39,739 nucleotides of DNA, from contig JALEGO010000631.1 in assembly GCA_022763165.1 (NCBI GenBank), positions 1 through 39,739 of the forward strand. Direction: 5' to 3'. The notes beneath the pieces were generated by a model. That model did not search any database. It saw nothing but the letters and a program-made list of their open reading frames with translations, and was not told the DNA's origin. Origin of the DNA: Flavobacteriales bacterium (GTDB lineage Bacteria; Bacteroidota; Bacteroidia; Flavobacteriales_G; JALEGO01). The position numbers and the translations under genes are program-made. This document shows positions 19,324 to 28,453 of this stretch, in pieces; the first letter of the stretch is position 1, and each line of letters starts with the position of its first letter.

Positions 19324-20694
19324 TTGAAAAATTCCAATTTATATAGTTTATTATCCAGTTTCAATAAAGAAACCTGCAAAAAATTTCAAGATTTCTTAAA
19401 ATCTCCCTACCTAAACACGAATAACAAAGCCACACAATTATTCGAGCTCTATCTCAAAACACCAGAAAAGAAACTAGAAAAACCCTTCCTGCACAACAAA
19501 CTCTATCCGAATGAAGATTTTAAGGATGACAAACTACGTTTAGTCATTAGCCGTCTATACAATCTAGCTTTAGAATTCCTCAGATTAGAGGGATTCAGAC
19601 GAACAAAAACCTCTCAACATCTCCTGCTGCACGAACTAAATCTTTTAAATCAATATAAGATCTTTGACCAACAATATCGTAAAGCCAACAACACGAGTCT
19701 TCTTGAAACCCTACAACTAGAAGAAGCAAACTTCTACCTGGCAACAAAAATTAACCCAAGACAATCCACAAACAACCTACAGGAACTTAGCAACTCCATT
19801 GATGATTACTTCCTGTTTCAAAAACTTAAGTATTCCTGTGAACTGTACAACAGAAAACAAATTCTAGATAAAGAATATGACTTTTCATTTCTAGAAAACA
19901 TCTTACAATATTTACACAATCACCCCCCAAAATATCCTCCAACCTATTTATACTATCAACTTCTCAAACTCATCAGAGCGAATGAAGAACCTCAATTCTT
20001 CCTGATCAAAAAGTTACTCCAAACCCAATCCAAAGAAGTTCACAAAAAGGAATTAAAGAATATGTACGTGTTCTTGATGAACTTTTGCGTAAAACAGATC
20101 AACGCCAATAACACCAAATACTACGTTGAGCTTTTTGACATATATAAATCACTGATTAAAAATGAGATTATTATTGAAGAAGAAACCATAGGCCTGGGAG
20201 ACTTTAAAAATATAGCGACTGTTGGACTGAGACTGAAAGAACTGGACTGGGTGCAAGAATTCACAGAACAATACACATCATATTTAAATGAACAGCATCA
20301 AGAAAGCGCAAAATCTTATAACCTTGCGCGAATATGTTTTGTCAGATCAAATTATAAAGATGCTCTAAAACTGCTCCGAAACGTTGATTACAGCGATGTG
20401 TATTTTGAGTTAGGCTCCAGAGTGCTTTTGCTTAAAGTTTACTATGAACAGGAGGATATCGATCTGTTTCCCGCTCAAATGCAGTCATTGAGAACCTATT
20501 TATCCAGATCAAATGAAGTTTCCGATTATCAGAAAAGCCTTTATCTTAATTTTCTCAGATTAATAAAGAAACTGTTTCGGTTTAAAGGAGGTAATAAAAG
20601 AGGCCTAAAAGAATTTAAGGAAGAACTTAAACAAACAAGTAACGTGGTGGACCTTGAGTGGATTAAAGAGAAAGCCATGGAATTTAATTTTTGA
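19324..20694 (+). CDS. Uncharacterised ~456-aa helical protein, putative wHTH+TPR transcription regulator
   Basis: FL.SPY.N N-terminal motif; FLHNKLYPNEDFKDDKLRLVISRL resembles an OmpR/SARP recognition helix; C-terminal YNLARI.F...Y..A TPR-like helices; no signal or TM segment. Confidence 0.75.
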   Translation: MKNSNLYSLLSSFNKETCKKFQDFLKSPYLNTNNKATQLFELYLKTPEKKLEKPFLHNKLYPNEDFKDDKLRLVISRLYNLALEFLRLEGFRRTKTSQHLLLHELNLLNQYKIFDQQYRKANNTSLLETLQLEEANFYLATKINPRQSTNNLQELSNSIDDYFLFQKLKYSCELYNRKQILDKEYDFSFLENILQYLHNHPPKYPPTYLYYQLLKLIRANEEPQFFLIKKLLQTQSKEVHKKELKNMYVFLMNFCVKQINANNTKYYVELFDIYKSLIKNEIIIEEETIGLGDFKNIATVGLRLKELDWVQEFTEQYTSYLNEQHQESAKSYNLARICFVRSNYKDALKLLRNVDYSDVYFELGSRVLLLKVYYEQEDIDLFPAQMQSLRTYLSRSNEVSDYQKSLYLNFLRLIKKLFRFKGGNKRGLKEFKEELKQTSNVVDLEWIKEKAMEFNF

Positions 20695-20696
20695 AG

Positions 20697-20811
20697 CTAT
20701 TCCCGCTTTCCGCTATATCTCTGATTTAGAAAGACTATATTTTAAAAAAATCAACATCCAAGACGCGAATGCTCTTTCTAAATCAGAGGATGCCGCCTCA
20801 ATCGGGGCTAA
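20697..20811 (-). ncRNA. Flavo-1-like structured RNA / intergenic repeat
   Basis: Minus strand reads TAGCCCCGATTGAGGCGGCATCC...GATATAGCGGAAAGCGGGA, matching my recollection of the Flavo-1 motif; perfect 16-bp inner stem CTCTGATTTAGAAAGA / TCTTTCTAAATCAGAG. Confidence 0.6.
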
Positions 20812-20859
20812 GACAGTGGTTTAAGTGGAAAGAATATGAATGCTATCCACTAAAAAGTA

Positions 20860-20867
20860 TAATTTCG
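20860..20867 (+). promoter_or_regulatory. -7-like element for glyQS
   Basis: TAATTTCG ends 4 nt before ATG 20872. Confidence 0.45.
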
Positions 20868-20871
20868 CATC

Positions 20872-22434
20872 ATGGCAGAAGATCTTTTGAAAAAAATCAT
20901 TGCTCATGCCAAGGAGTATGGCTTTGTTTTTCCATCCAGTGAAATATATGACGGATTAGGTGCGGTATACGACTATGGACAGAACGGGGTAGAATTGAAA
21001 AATAACATCAAGCAGTACTGGTGGAAATCTATGGTTCAAATGCACGAAAACATTGTTGGCTTAGATTCCGCCATATTCATGCATCCAAAAATTTGGAAAG
21101 CATCTGGCCATGTTGACGCATTCAACGATCCTTTGATTGACAATAAAGACTCCAAAAAACGATATAGAGCCGATGTACTTATTGAAGATCATATTGCTAA
21201 AATCGAGGGGAAAATCAACAAGGAAGTCAATAAAGCCTCCAAAAGATTTGGAGAGTCATTTGATAAACAACAATTTATACAAACCAATGGTAGAGTGTTA
21301 GGTTATCAAGAGAAAATTGACAAGATTAATGAACAGTTCAAATCCGCTCTTGAAAATGATGATTTAGCAGGCATTAAAAATTTAATAGAGGAACTCGAAA
21401 TTGCCTGTCCAATTTCCGGCTCTCGCAATTGGACGGATGTGAGACAGTTTAACCTTATGTTCTCCACTGAACTTGGTTCCGTTTCTGATGATAGCAACAA
21501 AATATACTTGAGACCAGAGACAGCGCAAGGTATTTTTGTAAACTACATCAACGTGCAAAAGACCGGCAGAATGAAGATCCCTTTTGGCATCGCCCAAATA
21601 GGAAAAGCGTTTAGAAATGAAATTGTAGCCCGACAATTCGTTTTCAGAATGCGTGAATTCGAGCAAATGGAAATGCAATTTTTTGTAAAGCCTGGCACTC
21701 AGAAGCAATGGTATGACACCTGGAAAGAACGAAGATTGAAATGGCATCAAGCTTTGGGTTTCGGATCAGAAGCATACCGTTTTCATGACCACCTTAAGCC
21801 AGCACATTATGCAGATGCAGCTTGCGATATCGAATTTGATTTTCCAATGGGCTTCAAAGAACTCGAAGGAATCCATTCTCGAACAGATTTTGACCTGAGC
21901 AAACATGAAGAATTCTCTGGCAAGAAATTGCAATTCTTCGATCCGGAAGAAAACAAAAACTATGTCCCTTATGTTGTTGAAACTTCGATAGGTCTGGATA
22001 GAACTTTTCTAGCTGTTTTGGGCAAATCTTATCAGGAAGAAACACTTGAGGATGGATCACAAAGAGTTGTCCTTAAAATTCCTCCTTTTTTAAGTCCTAT
22101 AAAGGCAGCCATATTGCCTTTAGTCAAAAAAGACGGATTGCCTGACATTGCTCGGAAAATCATGGATGATCTAAAATTCGATTTCAATTGCTTTTACGAA
22201 GAAAAAGACGCAATTGGTAAGCGTTATCGAAGACAAGATGCTATAGGAACTCCTTTCTGCATTACTGTAGACCATGATACCACTTCAGACAATACGGTAA
22301 CGCTTAGATTTAGAGATTCTATGGAACAGGAACGCGTTTCTATTGACAGTTTGGTTCAGAGAATCAAAAAGGAAACCTCCATGACTGAAGCATTAAAAAA
22401 AGTAGAATCCAATACGGCACAAGCTTTAGTCTAG
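20872..22434 (+). CDS. glyQS: Glycine--tRNA ligase (alpha2 type)
   Basis: YLRPETAQGIF, GKAFRNEI..RQFVFRMREFEQME, ELEGIHSRTDFDL, IGKRYRRQDAIGTP. Confidence 0.97.
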   Translation: MAEDLLKKIIAHAKEYGFVFPSSEIYDGLGAVYDYGQNGVELKNNIKQYWWKSMVQMHENIVGLDSAIFMHPKIWKASGHVDAFNDPLIDNKDSKKRYRADVLIEDHIAKIEGKINKEVNKASKRFGESFDKQQFIQTNGRVLGYQEKIDKINEQFKSALENDDLAGIKNLIEELEIACPISGSRNWTDVRQFNLMFSTELGSVSDDSNKIYLRPETAQGIFVNYINVQKTGRMKIPFGIAQIGKAFRNEIVARQFVFRMREFEQMEMQFFVKPGTQKQWYDTWKERRLKWHQALGFGSEAYRFHDHLKPAHYADAACDIEFDFPMGFKELEGIHSRTDFDLSKHEEFSGKKLQFFDPEENKNYVPYVVETSIGLDRTFLAVLGKSYQEETLEDGSQRVVLKIPPFLSPIKAAILPLVKKDGLPDIARKIMDDLKFDFNCFYEEKDAIGKRYRRQDAIGTPFCITVDHDTTSDNTVTLRFRDSMEQERVSIDSLVQRIKKETSMTEALKKVESNTAQALV

Positions 22435-22438
22435 CACT

Positions 22439-24556
22439 TCAATTATAGAATCGTTTATTTTTGGCTGCCATTTCCACTAGGGACTTCGGTGGAGCGAATC
22501 GATCTCCGTATTTATCCGAAAGGATTTTAGCGTTTTCACAAAACTCTCTTACACCAATAGTATCAATGTACGAAAACACACCTCCATAGTAAGGAGGAAA
22601 GCCCCAAGCGAATATCGAACCAATATCGCCTTCTTCAGTGGTATTTAACACGCCTTCTTCCAAACACCTAACAGCTTCAAGGCATTGTATGAATAAAAAG
22701 CGTTTCTTGATTTCCTCATTAGAAACATTGTGCTTTTTAAGCGGAAAATACTCTTTCAATTTTGGCCAGAGGTACTTCCTCCCAGATTCCGGGTACTCAT
22801 AAAATCCCGCACCATTTTTCTTACCCAAGCGATCAATATCATCAACGAATTTTCTAATAATCCTTGCAGGGGCATTATCAATTGCCTCACCAAGATCTAA
22901 TTCCGTCTGATCTAAGATCTTTTTTAATAAACCTAAGTTCAACTCATCAATAATCGCCAAAGGTCCAACTGGATATCCAGCTTGAATACCTAAATTTTCA
23001 ATTAACGCTGGTGAAACACCTTCATCCAATAGATACAAAGCTTCATAGGGATAGGTTTTAAAAACCCTTGTCGTGTAAAAACCCCGGCTGTCATTGACAA
23101 CAATTGGAACCTTTTTAAGCTGCCTGATATAGTCCAAACTCTTAACCAAAGTATGCTCCGAAGTTTCACTCCCTTTGATAACCTCAACCAACTTCATTTT
23201 ATCCACCGGAGAAAAGAAGTGAATCCCAATAAAGTTCTGAGGATTAGACATACTTTTAGATAGTCCAGAAATTGGAAGAGTAGATGTATTTGAAGCCAAA
23301 ATACCCTCAGAAGTCAAAAAAGGTTCTGAGGCTCTTATTACAGCATCTTTTATTTCACGAACTTCAGGTACCGCCTCCACAATAAGATCACAACCTTCTA
23401 AATCTGAATCTTCTTGGGTGATTTTGATATTATCCAAAATAGCCTGCGCACCGCCAGCACTTAACCTTCCTTTTTTGACCTTTCGATCAAGCAACTGCTG
23501 ACTATATGATTTACCCCTTTCAAGAATCTCTTTCGAAACATCTTTTAAGACCACCTCAATACCTCTAAGGGCAGACGCATAGGCTATTCCCGCTCCCATC
23601 ATACCAGCACCCAAAACACCTACCTTTTTCACATGAGACTCGGGCACATCTGCTGGCCGATACTTACCCTTTTCAATATCATTTAAATTCCAGAATAAAC
23701 TTCTAATCATGTTATTACAAGCTGGATCCAACTTGCACTTCACAAAATAGTTCCTTTCGATAATAGTGGCTTTATCAAAAGGCAATTGCAACCCTTCATA
23801 AATAGCTGAAAGTAAGTATTTTGGAGCATTATAATTTCCTTTAGTTTTCTTAAGAATCATTCCTGACGCACCACCAAACTGCATAACATTTTTGGGGTTA
23901 TTCACTCCTCCCCCCGGAACCTTGAATCCTTTCTTATCCCATGGTTTTTGAGCATCTCCGGAGGATAACCAAACCTTGGCACGTTCAATCAAAACTTCAC
24001 TGTTCTCCGCCAACTCATCAACCAAACCCAAATCCAAGGCCTTTCTTGGACGAAATTTTTTCCCTTCTAATAAGAGCGGCAAGGAGGCTTGAATTCCAAT
24101 CATTCGAGGTAATCTTTGAGAACCTCCAGCAGCAGGAAACAACCCTAGCAGTATCTCAGGAAGTCCAACTTCTATTCTATTGTCATCGATGATAATCCGA
24201 TAATGACATGCCAAAGCCAGTTCATAACCACCCCCTAAAGCAGTACCATTAATCGCAGCAACAAAGGGTTTACCACCTGTTTCGATTCTTCTATATAGAT
24301 TCTGTAGTCGAGCTGTGGCATCATTTATAGATTCAGCATCATTCAATTTGTATAACAAATTCACGTCAGCTCCTACAACGAAATCCTTTTTCTTTGAAGT
24401 AATCACGGCACCCTTGATTTCATCATTTTTAATGACTTCATCAATCTCAGATTCCAGCGCTGAAATGGACTTATCGTTCAACATATTGAATGGGTAATTC
24501 ACCATATTGATTGAAAGCACTGCCCATCCATTTTCATCAATGATCGATTCTGTCAT
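22439..24556 (-). CDS. fadB: Fatty acid oxidation complex alpha subunit (enoyl-CoA hydratase / 3-hydroxyacyl-CoA dehydrogenase)
   Basis: GGGYELALACH, GLPE, GAGMMGAG Rossmann, ASNTSTLPI, HFFSPV; likely start MTESII at 24556, 2 nt after the thiolase stop. Confidence 0.9.
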   Translation of the reverse strand: MTESIIDENGWAVLSINMVNYPFNMLNDKSISALESEIDEVIKNDEIKGAVITSKKKDFVVGADVNLLYKLNDAESINDATARLQNLYRRIETGGKPFVAAINGTALGGGYELALACHYRIIIDDNRIEVGLPEILLGLFPAAGGSQRLPRMIGIQASLPLLLEGKKFRPRKALDLGLVDELAENSEVLIERAKVWLSSGDAQKPWDKKGFKVPGGGVNNPKNVMQFGGASGMILKKTKGNYNAPKYLLSAIYEGLQLPFDKATIIERNYFVKCKLDPACNNMIRSLFWNLNDIEKGKYRPADVPESHVKKVGVLGAGMMGAGIAYASALRGIEVVLKDVSKEILERGKSYSQQLLDRKVKKGRLSAGGAQAILDNIKITQEDSDLEGCDLIVEAVPEVREIKDAVIRASEPFLTSEGILASNTSTLPISGLSKSMSNPQNFIGIHFFSPVDKMKLVEVIKGSETSEHTLVKSLDYIRQLKKVPIVVNDSRGFYTTRVFKTYPYEALYLLDEGVSPALIENLGIQAGYPVGPLAIIDELNLGLLKKILDQTELDLGEAIDNAPARIIRKFVDDIDRLGKKNGAGFYEYPESGRKYLWPKLKEYFPLKKHNVSNEEIKKRFLFIQCLEAVRCLEEGVLNTTEEGDIGSIFAWGFPPYYGGVFSYIDTIGVREFCENAKILSDKYGDRFAPPKSLVEMAAKNKRFYN

Positions 24557-24558
24557 AT

Positions 24559-25764
24559 TTACACTCTTTCTATGATTGTCGCAACTCCCATACCTCCGCC
24601 AACACAAAGCGTTGCCAGCCCTGTACTTTTGTCTGTTCTTTCCATTTCATCGAGCAAGGTTCCTATAATCATACAACCTGTTGCTCCTAAAGGATGCCCC
24701 ATAGCAATAGCTCCCCCGTTAACATTCACAATTGAATGATCAACTTTCAAATCATCCATAAACCTTAGTGGCACCACGGCAAAAGCTTCATTGACTTCAA
24801 ATAAATCAATATCCGAAACGGTCATTTTTGCTTTTTTCAATGCTTTCTTTGATGCGGGAGCAGGCCCAATAAGCATAATTGTAGGTTCGGTTCCCACTAC
24901 TCCCCATGATTTAATTCTAGCCCTCGGCTTTAAGCCAAGTTTCACACCAACTTCCTGAGAGCCAAGCAAAGCTAAACTTGCTCCATCCACAATTCCTGAA
25001 GAGTTACCGGCATGATGTACATGACGAATACCTTCAATCTCAGGATACTTCAACAGTGCTATATTATCAAATCCACCAGTTACTCCCATCATTTCAAAAG
25101 ATGGGTTTAGTTTGGATAAAGTTTCTGGAGTTGTCTCGGGTCTTATTGTTTCATCTTTGATTAACACATCTAGGCCATTGATATCCTTAACTGGCACGAT
25201 AGAGTTTTGAAAACGCTTTTCTTGCCAGGCTAGAGCTGCTCTGTAATGAGATGTAGATGCGAATTGATCTAGATCAGATCTAGAATAACCATCTTTGCTG
25301 GCAATAAGATCTGCTGCAATCCCTTGAGGAACAAATTTGGTGTCCATTATGAAATCAGGATTGTAAATTGCCCCACCATCAGATCCGATCTTGACCCTGG
25401 ACATGGATTCAACACCACCAGCAATAATCAAATCTTCTTGACCAGACATAATTTGTGCCGCAGCAAAATTTATTGCTTCTAAGCCGGAACTACAGAACCT
25501 GTTAAGCGTAACTCCTGCTACAGAATGCGAATACCCAGCTGCCATTGCTGCGAGTTTGGCAATATCAGCACCTTGATCTCCGATTTGCGTCACACAGCCA
25601 ACCACAATATCCTCAACTTCTCGAGTATCAAGTTCATTTCTCTCTTCTATTGCATGAAGGAGGGTAGTTAAAAGATGAATCGGCCTAACTTCATGAAGAC
25701 TTCCATCAGGCTTACCTTTTCCACGTGGTGTTCTGACAGCATCATAAATATATGCTTCTTGCAT
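24559..25764 (-). CDS. fadA: Acetyl-CoA C-acyltransferase (thiolase)
   Basis: NRFCSSGL, NEAFA, GHPLGATG, CVGGGMG. Confidence 0.93.
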   Translation of the reverse strand: MQEAYIYDAVRTPRGKGKPDGSLHEVRPIHLLTTLLHAIEERNELDTREVEDIVVGCVTQIGDQGADIAKLAAMAAGYSHSVAGVTLNRFCSSGLEAINFAAAQIMSGQEDLIIAGGVESMSRVKIGSDGGAIYNPDFIMDTKFVPQGIAADLIASKDGYSRSDLDQFASTSHYRAALAWQEKRFQNSIVPVKDINGLDVLIKDETIRPETTPETLSKLNPSFEMMGVTGGFDNIALLKYPEIEGIRHVHHAGNSSGIVDGASLALLGSQEVGVKLGLKPRARIKSWGVVGTEPTIMLIGPAPASKKALKKAKMTVSDIDLFEVNEAFAVVPLRFMDDLKVDHSIVNVNGGAIAMGHPLGATGCMIIGTLLDEMERTDKSTGLATLCVGGGMGVATIIERV

Positions 25765-25779
25765 TTACATCATTTTTGA

Positions 25780-25787
25780 CAAAGTTA
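25780..25787 (-). promoter_or_regulatory. -7 element for fadAB
   Basis: Minus-strand TAACTTTG upstream of ATG 25764. Confidence 0.55.
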
Positions 25788-25856
25788 AATTAACTACTCC
25801 GTCTAAAAACATTTTAAAACTTAAGTATTCTTTAAAGTCTTCCGGTGATATCAATT

Positions 25857-26283
25857 TTACAACTGTAACAGGGCACCTGAATTCCAGTTTCCCTTGAGCA
25901 ATTCTGTAAACGAATTTGAAATATTGACAACGGATTTTTCTTCCAAATCACTAAATGGCACTTGTTTGACCCGAGGTGAATCCCCACTGTGTTTAAAATC
26001 AAATATATAGCACTCTCCGCCCCCCATTCGATCCGAACCCAAATACTTTTTGGTCGTTCAGCCATTTTTGAATTTCGTAGTCGTCATTCAATTGTTTTAT
26101 TTCTTCCAATTTCCAAACGCTCAAATATTCTCCGTTTTTCAGAAACCCTTCTCCTCCATTTGAGAAGCGGAAAAATTCCAAAAAGTCTAGCGGTAAGGTT
26201 AATTCAAAATTCTCGCAAATTGAAGTAATTTCTTTCAGTTCTAAACCAGGGTGATAATGCCAACCTTCTGGAAGTGGTCTCAT
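25857..26283 (-). pseudogene. SMI1/KNR4 (SUKH) family protein with +1 frameshift in a G6 run
   Basis: LPLDFLEFFRFSNGGEG; FGSNGG continues as GECYIFD in another frame; removing one base at 26020-26025 gives a 141-aa ORF. Confidence 0.75.
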
Positions 26284-26341
26284 TATTGATACTTAAATGT
26301 TCTGGGACAAGGAAAGGGATCTTGACTGCGCTTCCAATGAA

Positions 26342-27703
26342 TTATTTAATCGCGATTCTCTTTGAAACAACTTCATGACCAACTTCAATCCTGGCAAAAT
26401 AAGTTCCCGAGTTTAAACCGCTTACATCTATATTATGTTTGGGGTTATAATATGCGATATCCGATTTTTCGTAAACTACTTTACCAGACAAGTCAAAAAG
26501 CTGAACTTGAATCATTCGATCTGCCTGATAGCTCCCTATGTCAAGAGTCAGCACATCACCAGTAACAGGCACAGGATACATCGTCAAGTTATCTTTTAAG
26601 CTGCTAGCCTTAGCCAAGTTAGTTTCGCTTAGCGCATGATCACCTATCTCTATAACTTCAGAAGAAGTATTTAGGCATCCATTCCCATCGATAATAGTTA
26701 GGCTTAACTCATAAGCTCCATCCTCATCATAGGAGTGATTGTAAATATTCTGATTTGCATAATTACCATCTCCAAAATCCCAAAGTCGATCAACCTCAAT
26801 CGGGGAATTGTCTTCAATATGAACCCCGTGCTCGTTTGTGGACAGTGTCATTTCTATTTTCGGAGGAGCGATCACCTTAATAGTGAACTCTTTGTTATTC
26901 AAGCAATTTTGATCATCAGAATAAGTTACGACATGCTCACCCGGACCAGCAAGCTTAGGATCAAAAATACCCTTGTGACGCTCTACAATACCCTTACCAA
27001 ACCAAATTCCACCATCTCCATCCTGAGACAGCACAATTGGATAATCGTTTGAACAAAATGACCTTTCAACCTTTATTTTCGTTGCGTTAGGTACAACACT
27101 CAAAGAAACCTCTTGGTATTCGCTAAAACAATAGTCACTATTCACCAAATACAGTTTGTACTTACCTTCATCGTATTCACCAACATCTAAAGCTTTAGAA
27201 TTCCCAAGTGGTTTTTTCAATTTTTTGTCTGCAAACCACATTACCTTCTCCGACAAATTCATTGATTCCAAATTAAGCTCATTACCCTCACACACCGTAA
27301 GCGATTCGGAGTATTTCGGCTTATCTGGACGCTCAAGTATTTCCACATATTTGAACGATGTATCACGGATTCCGGAAGAATTCGTAACCACCAATTCCAC
27401 TATATAAATTCCAGGATTGTGATAGGTATAGGTCGGATTTCTCTTGGTTGAAAACCCCAAACCATCTCCAAAGCTCCACGAGCAATTTTGGAACTTACCA
27501 ATCCTAAATTTGCTTTCTTGAACAAAAGCTACTTCCTGACCTACACATGCATTTTGAAATGTAAAATCCGCATGTAATGGTTTAGCCAAAAACTGCTGTA
27601 GCTTCAACCTAGAATGTGAAGTACTGACAGAACTTTGAGCTAAAATAGCGCCTGATAGCATGAAACAAATAAAGGACGATAATAAAAGTTGAGATCTTTG
27701 CAT
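26342..27703 (-). CDS. PKD-domain T9SS type A cargo protein
   Basis: Two WSFGDG/WDFGDG PKD repeats; FDPKLAGPGEH Ig-like segment; YPVPV...GTYF CTD. Confidence 0.85.
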   Translation of the reverse strand: MQRSQLLLSSFICFMLSGAILAQSSVSTSHSRLKLQQFLAKPLHADFTFQNACVGQEVAFVQESKFRIGKFQNCSWSFGDGLGFSTKRNPTYTYHNPGIYIVELVVTNSSGIRDTSFKYVEILERPDKPKYSESLTVCEGNELNLESMNLSEKVMWFADKKLKKPLGNSKALDVGEYDEGKYKLYLVNSDYCFSEYQEVSLSVVPNATKIKVERSFCSNDYPIVLSQDGDGGIWFGKGIVERHKGIFDPKLAGPGEHVVTYSDDQNCLNNKEFTIKVIAPPKIEMTLSTNEHGVHIEDNSPIEVDRLWDFGDGNYANQNIYNHSYDEDGAYELSLTIIDGNGCLNTSSEVIEIGDHALSETNLAKASSLKDNLTMYPVPVTGDVLTLDIGSYQADRMIQVQLFDLSGKVVYEKSDIAYYNPKHNIDVSGLNSGTYFARIEVGHEVVSKRIAIK

Positions 27704-27778
27704 ATATAAAATTTGATTCTAAAAAGGCGGCAAACAAAAAGAGAAATCAAACTAATATACGCAAATAATTGAAAAAGG

Positions 27779-28342
27779 TTACTTATTGTTATGTAAACTC
27801 ATGGTTCTGGCGACACCTATGGTAACAAAACTTTGAATCATTTTGATTGTGTGATCTAATCGTTCAGACAGCTCAACAGACTCAATATTAGACCATTGAC
27901 TCAAAACGTAGTTAACTTGTTGACCTTTTGAGAAGTCATTTCCAACCCCAAATCGAATTCTAGAATAAGCTTGTGAATTAAGTGTAGCTTCGATATCCTT
28001 TAGCCCATTATGCCCACCAGCACTTCCTTTGGCGCGCATTCTAATTTTACCGAAGGGCAATGCAATATCATCTGTGATCACCAACAAGCGTTCTAATGGA
28101 ATTTTCTCTTTTTGCATCCAATAATTCACCGCTTTCCCACTCAAGTTCATATAGGTATTAGGCTTGAGCAATACCATTGTTCTACCCTTGTGTTTCAGTT
28201 GACAGATATCACCAAGTTTTTCAGTCTTGAATGATTCATCCTGATCCTTGTAAAGAGCATCAAGCACCTTAAAGCCTATATTGTGACGTGTATTTTCATA
28301 CTCGGCACCTGGATTACCAAGGCCCACAATTAGATATTTCAT
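27779..28342 (-). CDS. pth: Peptidyl-tRNA hydrolase
   Basis: LIVGLGNPG..Y..TRHNIGF, KPNTYMNLSG, GGHNGL. Confidence 0.97.
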   Translation of the reverse strand: MKYLIVGLGNPGAEYENTRHNIGFKVLDALYKDQDESFKTEKLGDICQLKHKGRTMVLLKPNTYMNLSGKAVNYWMQKEKIPLERLLVITDDIALPFGKIRMRAKGSAGGHNGLKDIEATLNSQAYSRIRFGVGNDFSKGQQVNYVLSQWSNIESVELSERLDHTIKMIQSFVTIGVARTMSLHNNK

Positions 28343-28398
28343 GACCCTAAGCTAATAGATTGTTTTGAAAAAGATCTCATGAAGAGACTTTTTATGCA

Positions 28399-28430
28399 TA
28401 AAAAAACTGGATATTTTTCAATATCCAGTT
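28399..28430 (-). terminator. Intrinsic terminator after rplY
   Basis: AACTGGATATT-tttc-AATATCCAGTT stem with A-run (U-tail on minus strand). Confidence 0.7.
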
Positions 28431-28453
28431 CATACAATTTTATTTGAGATAGA

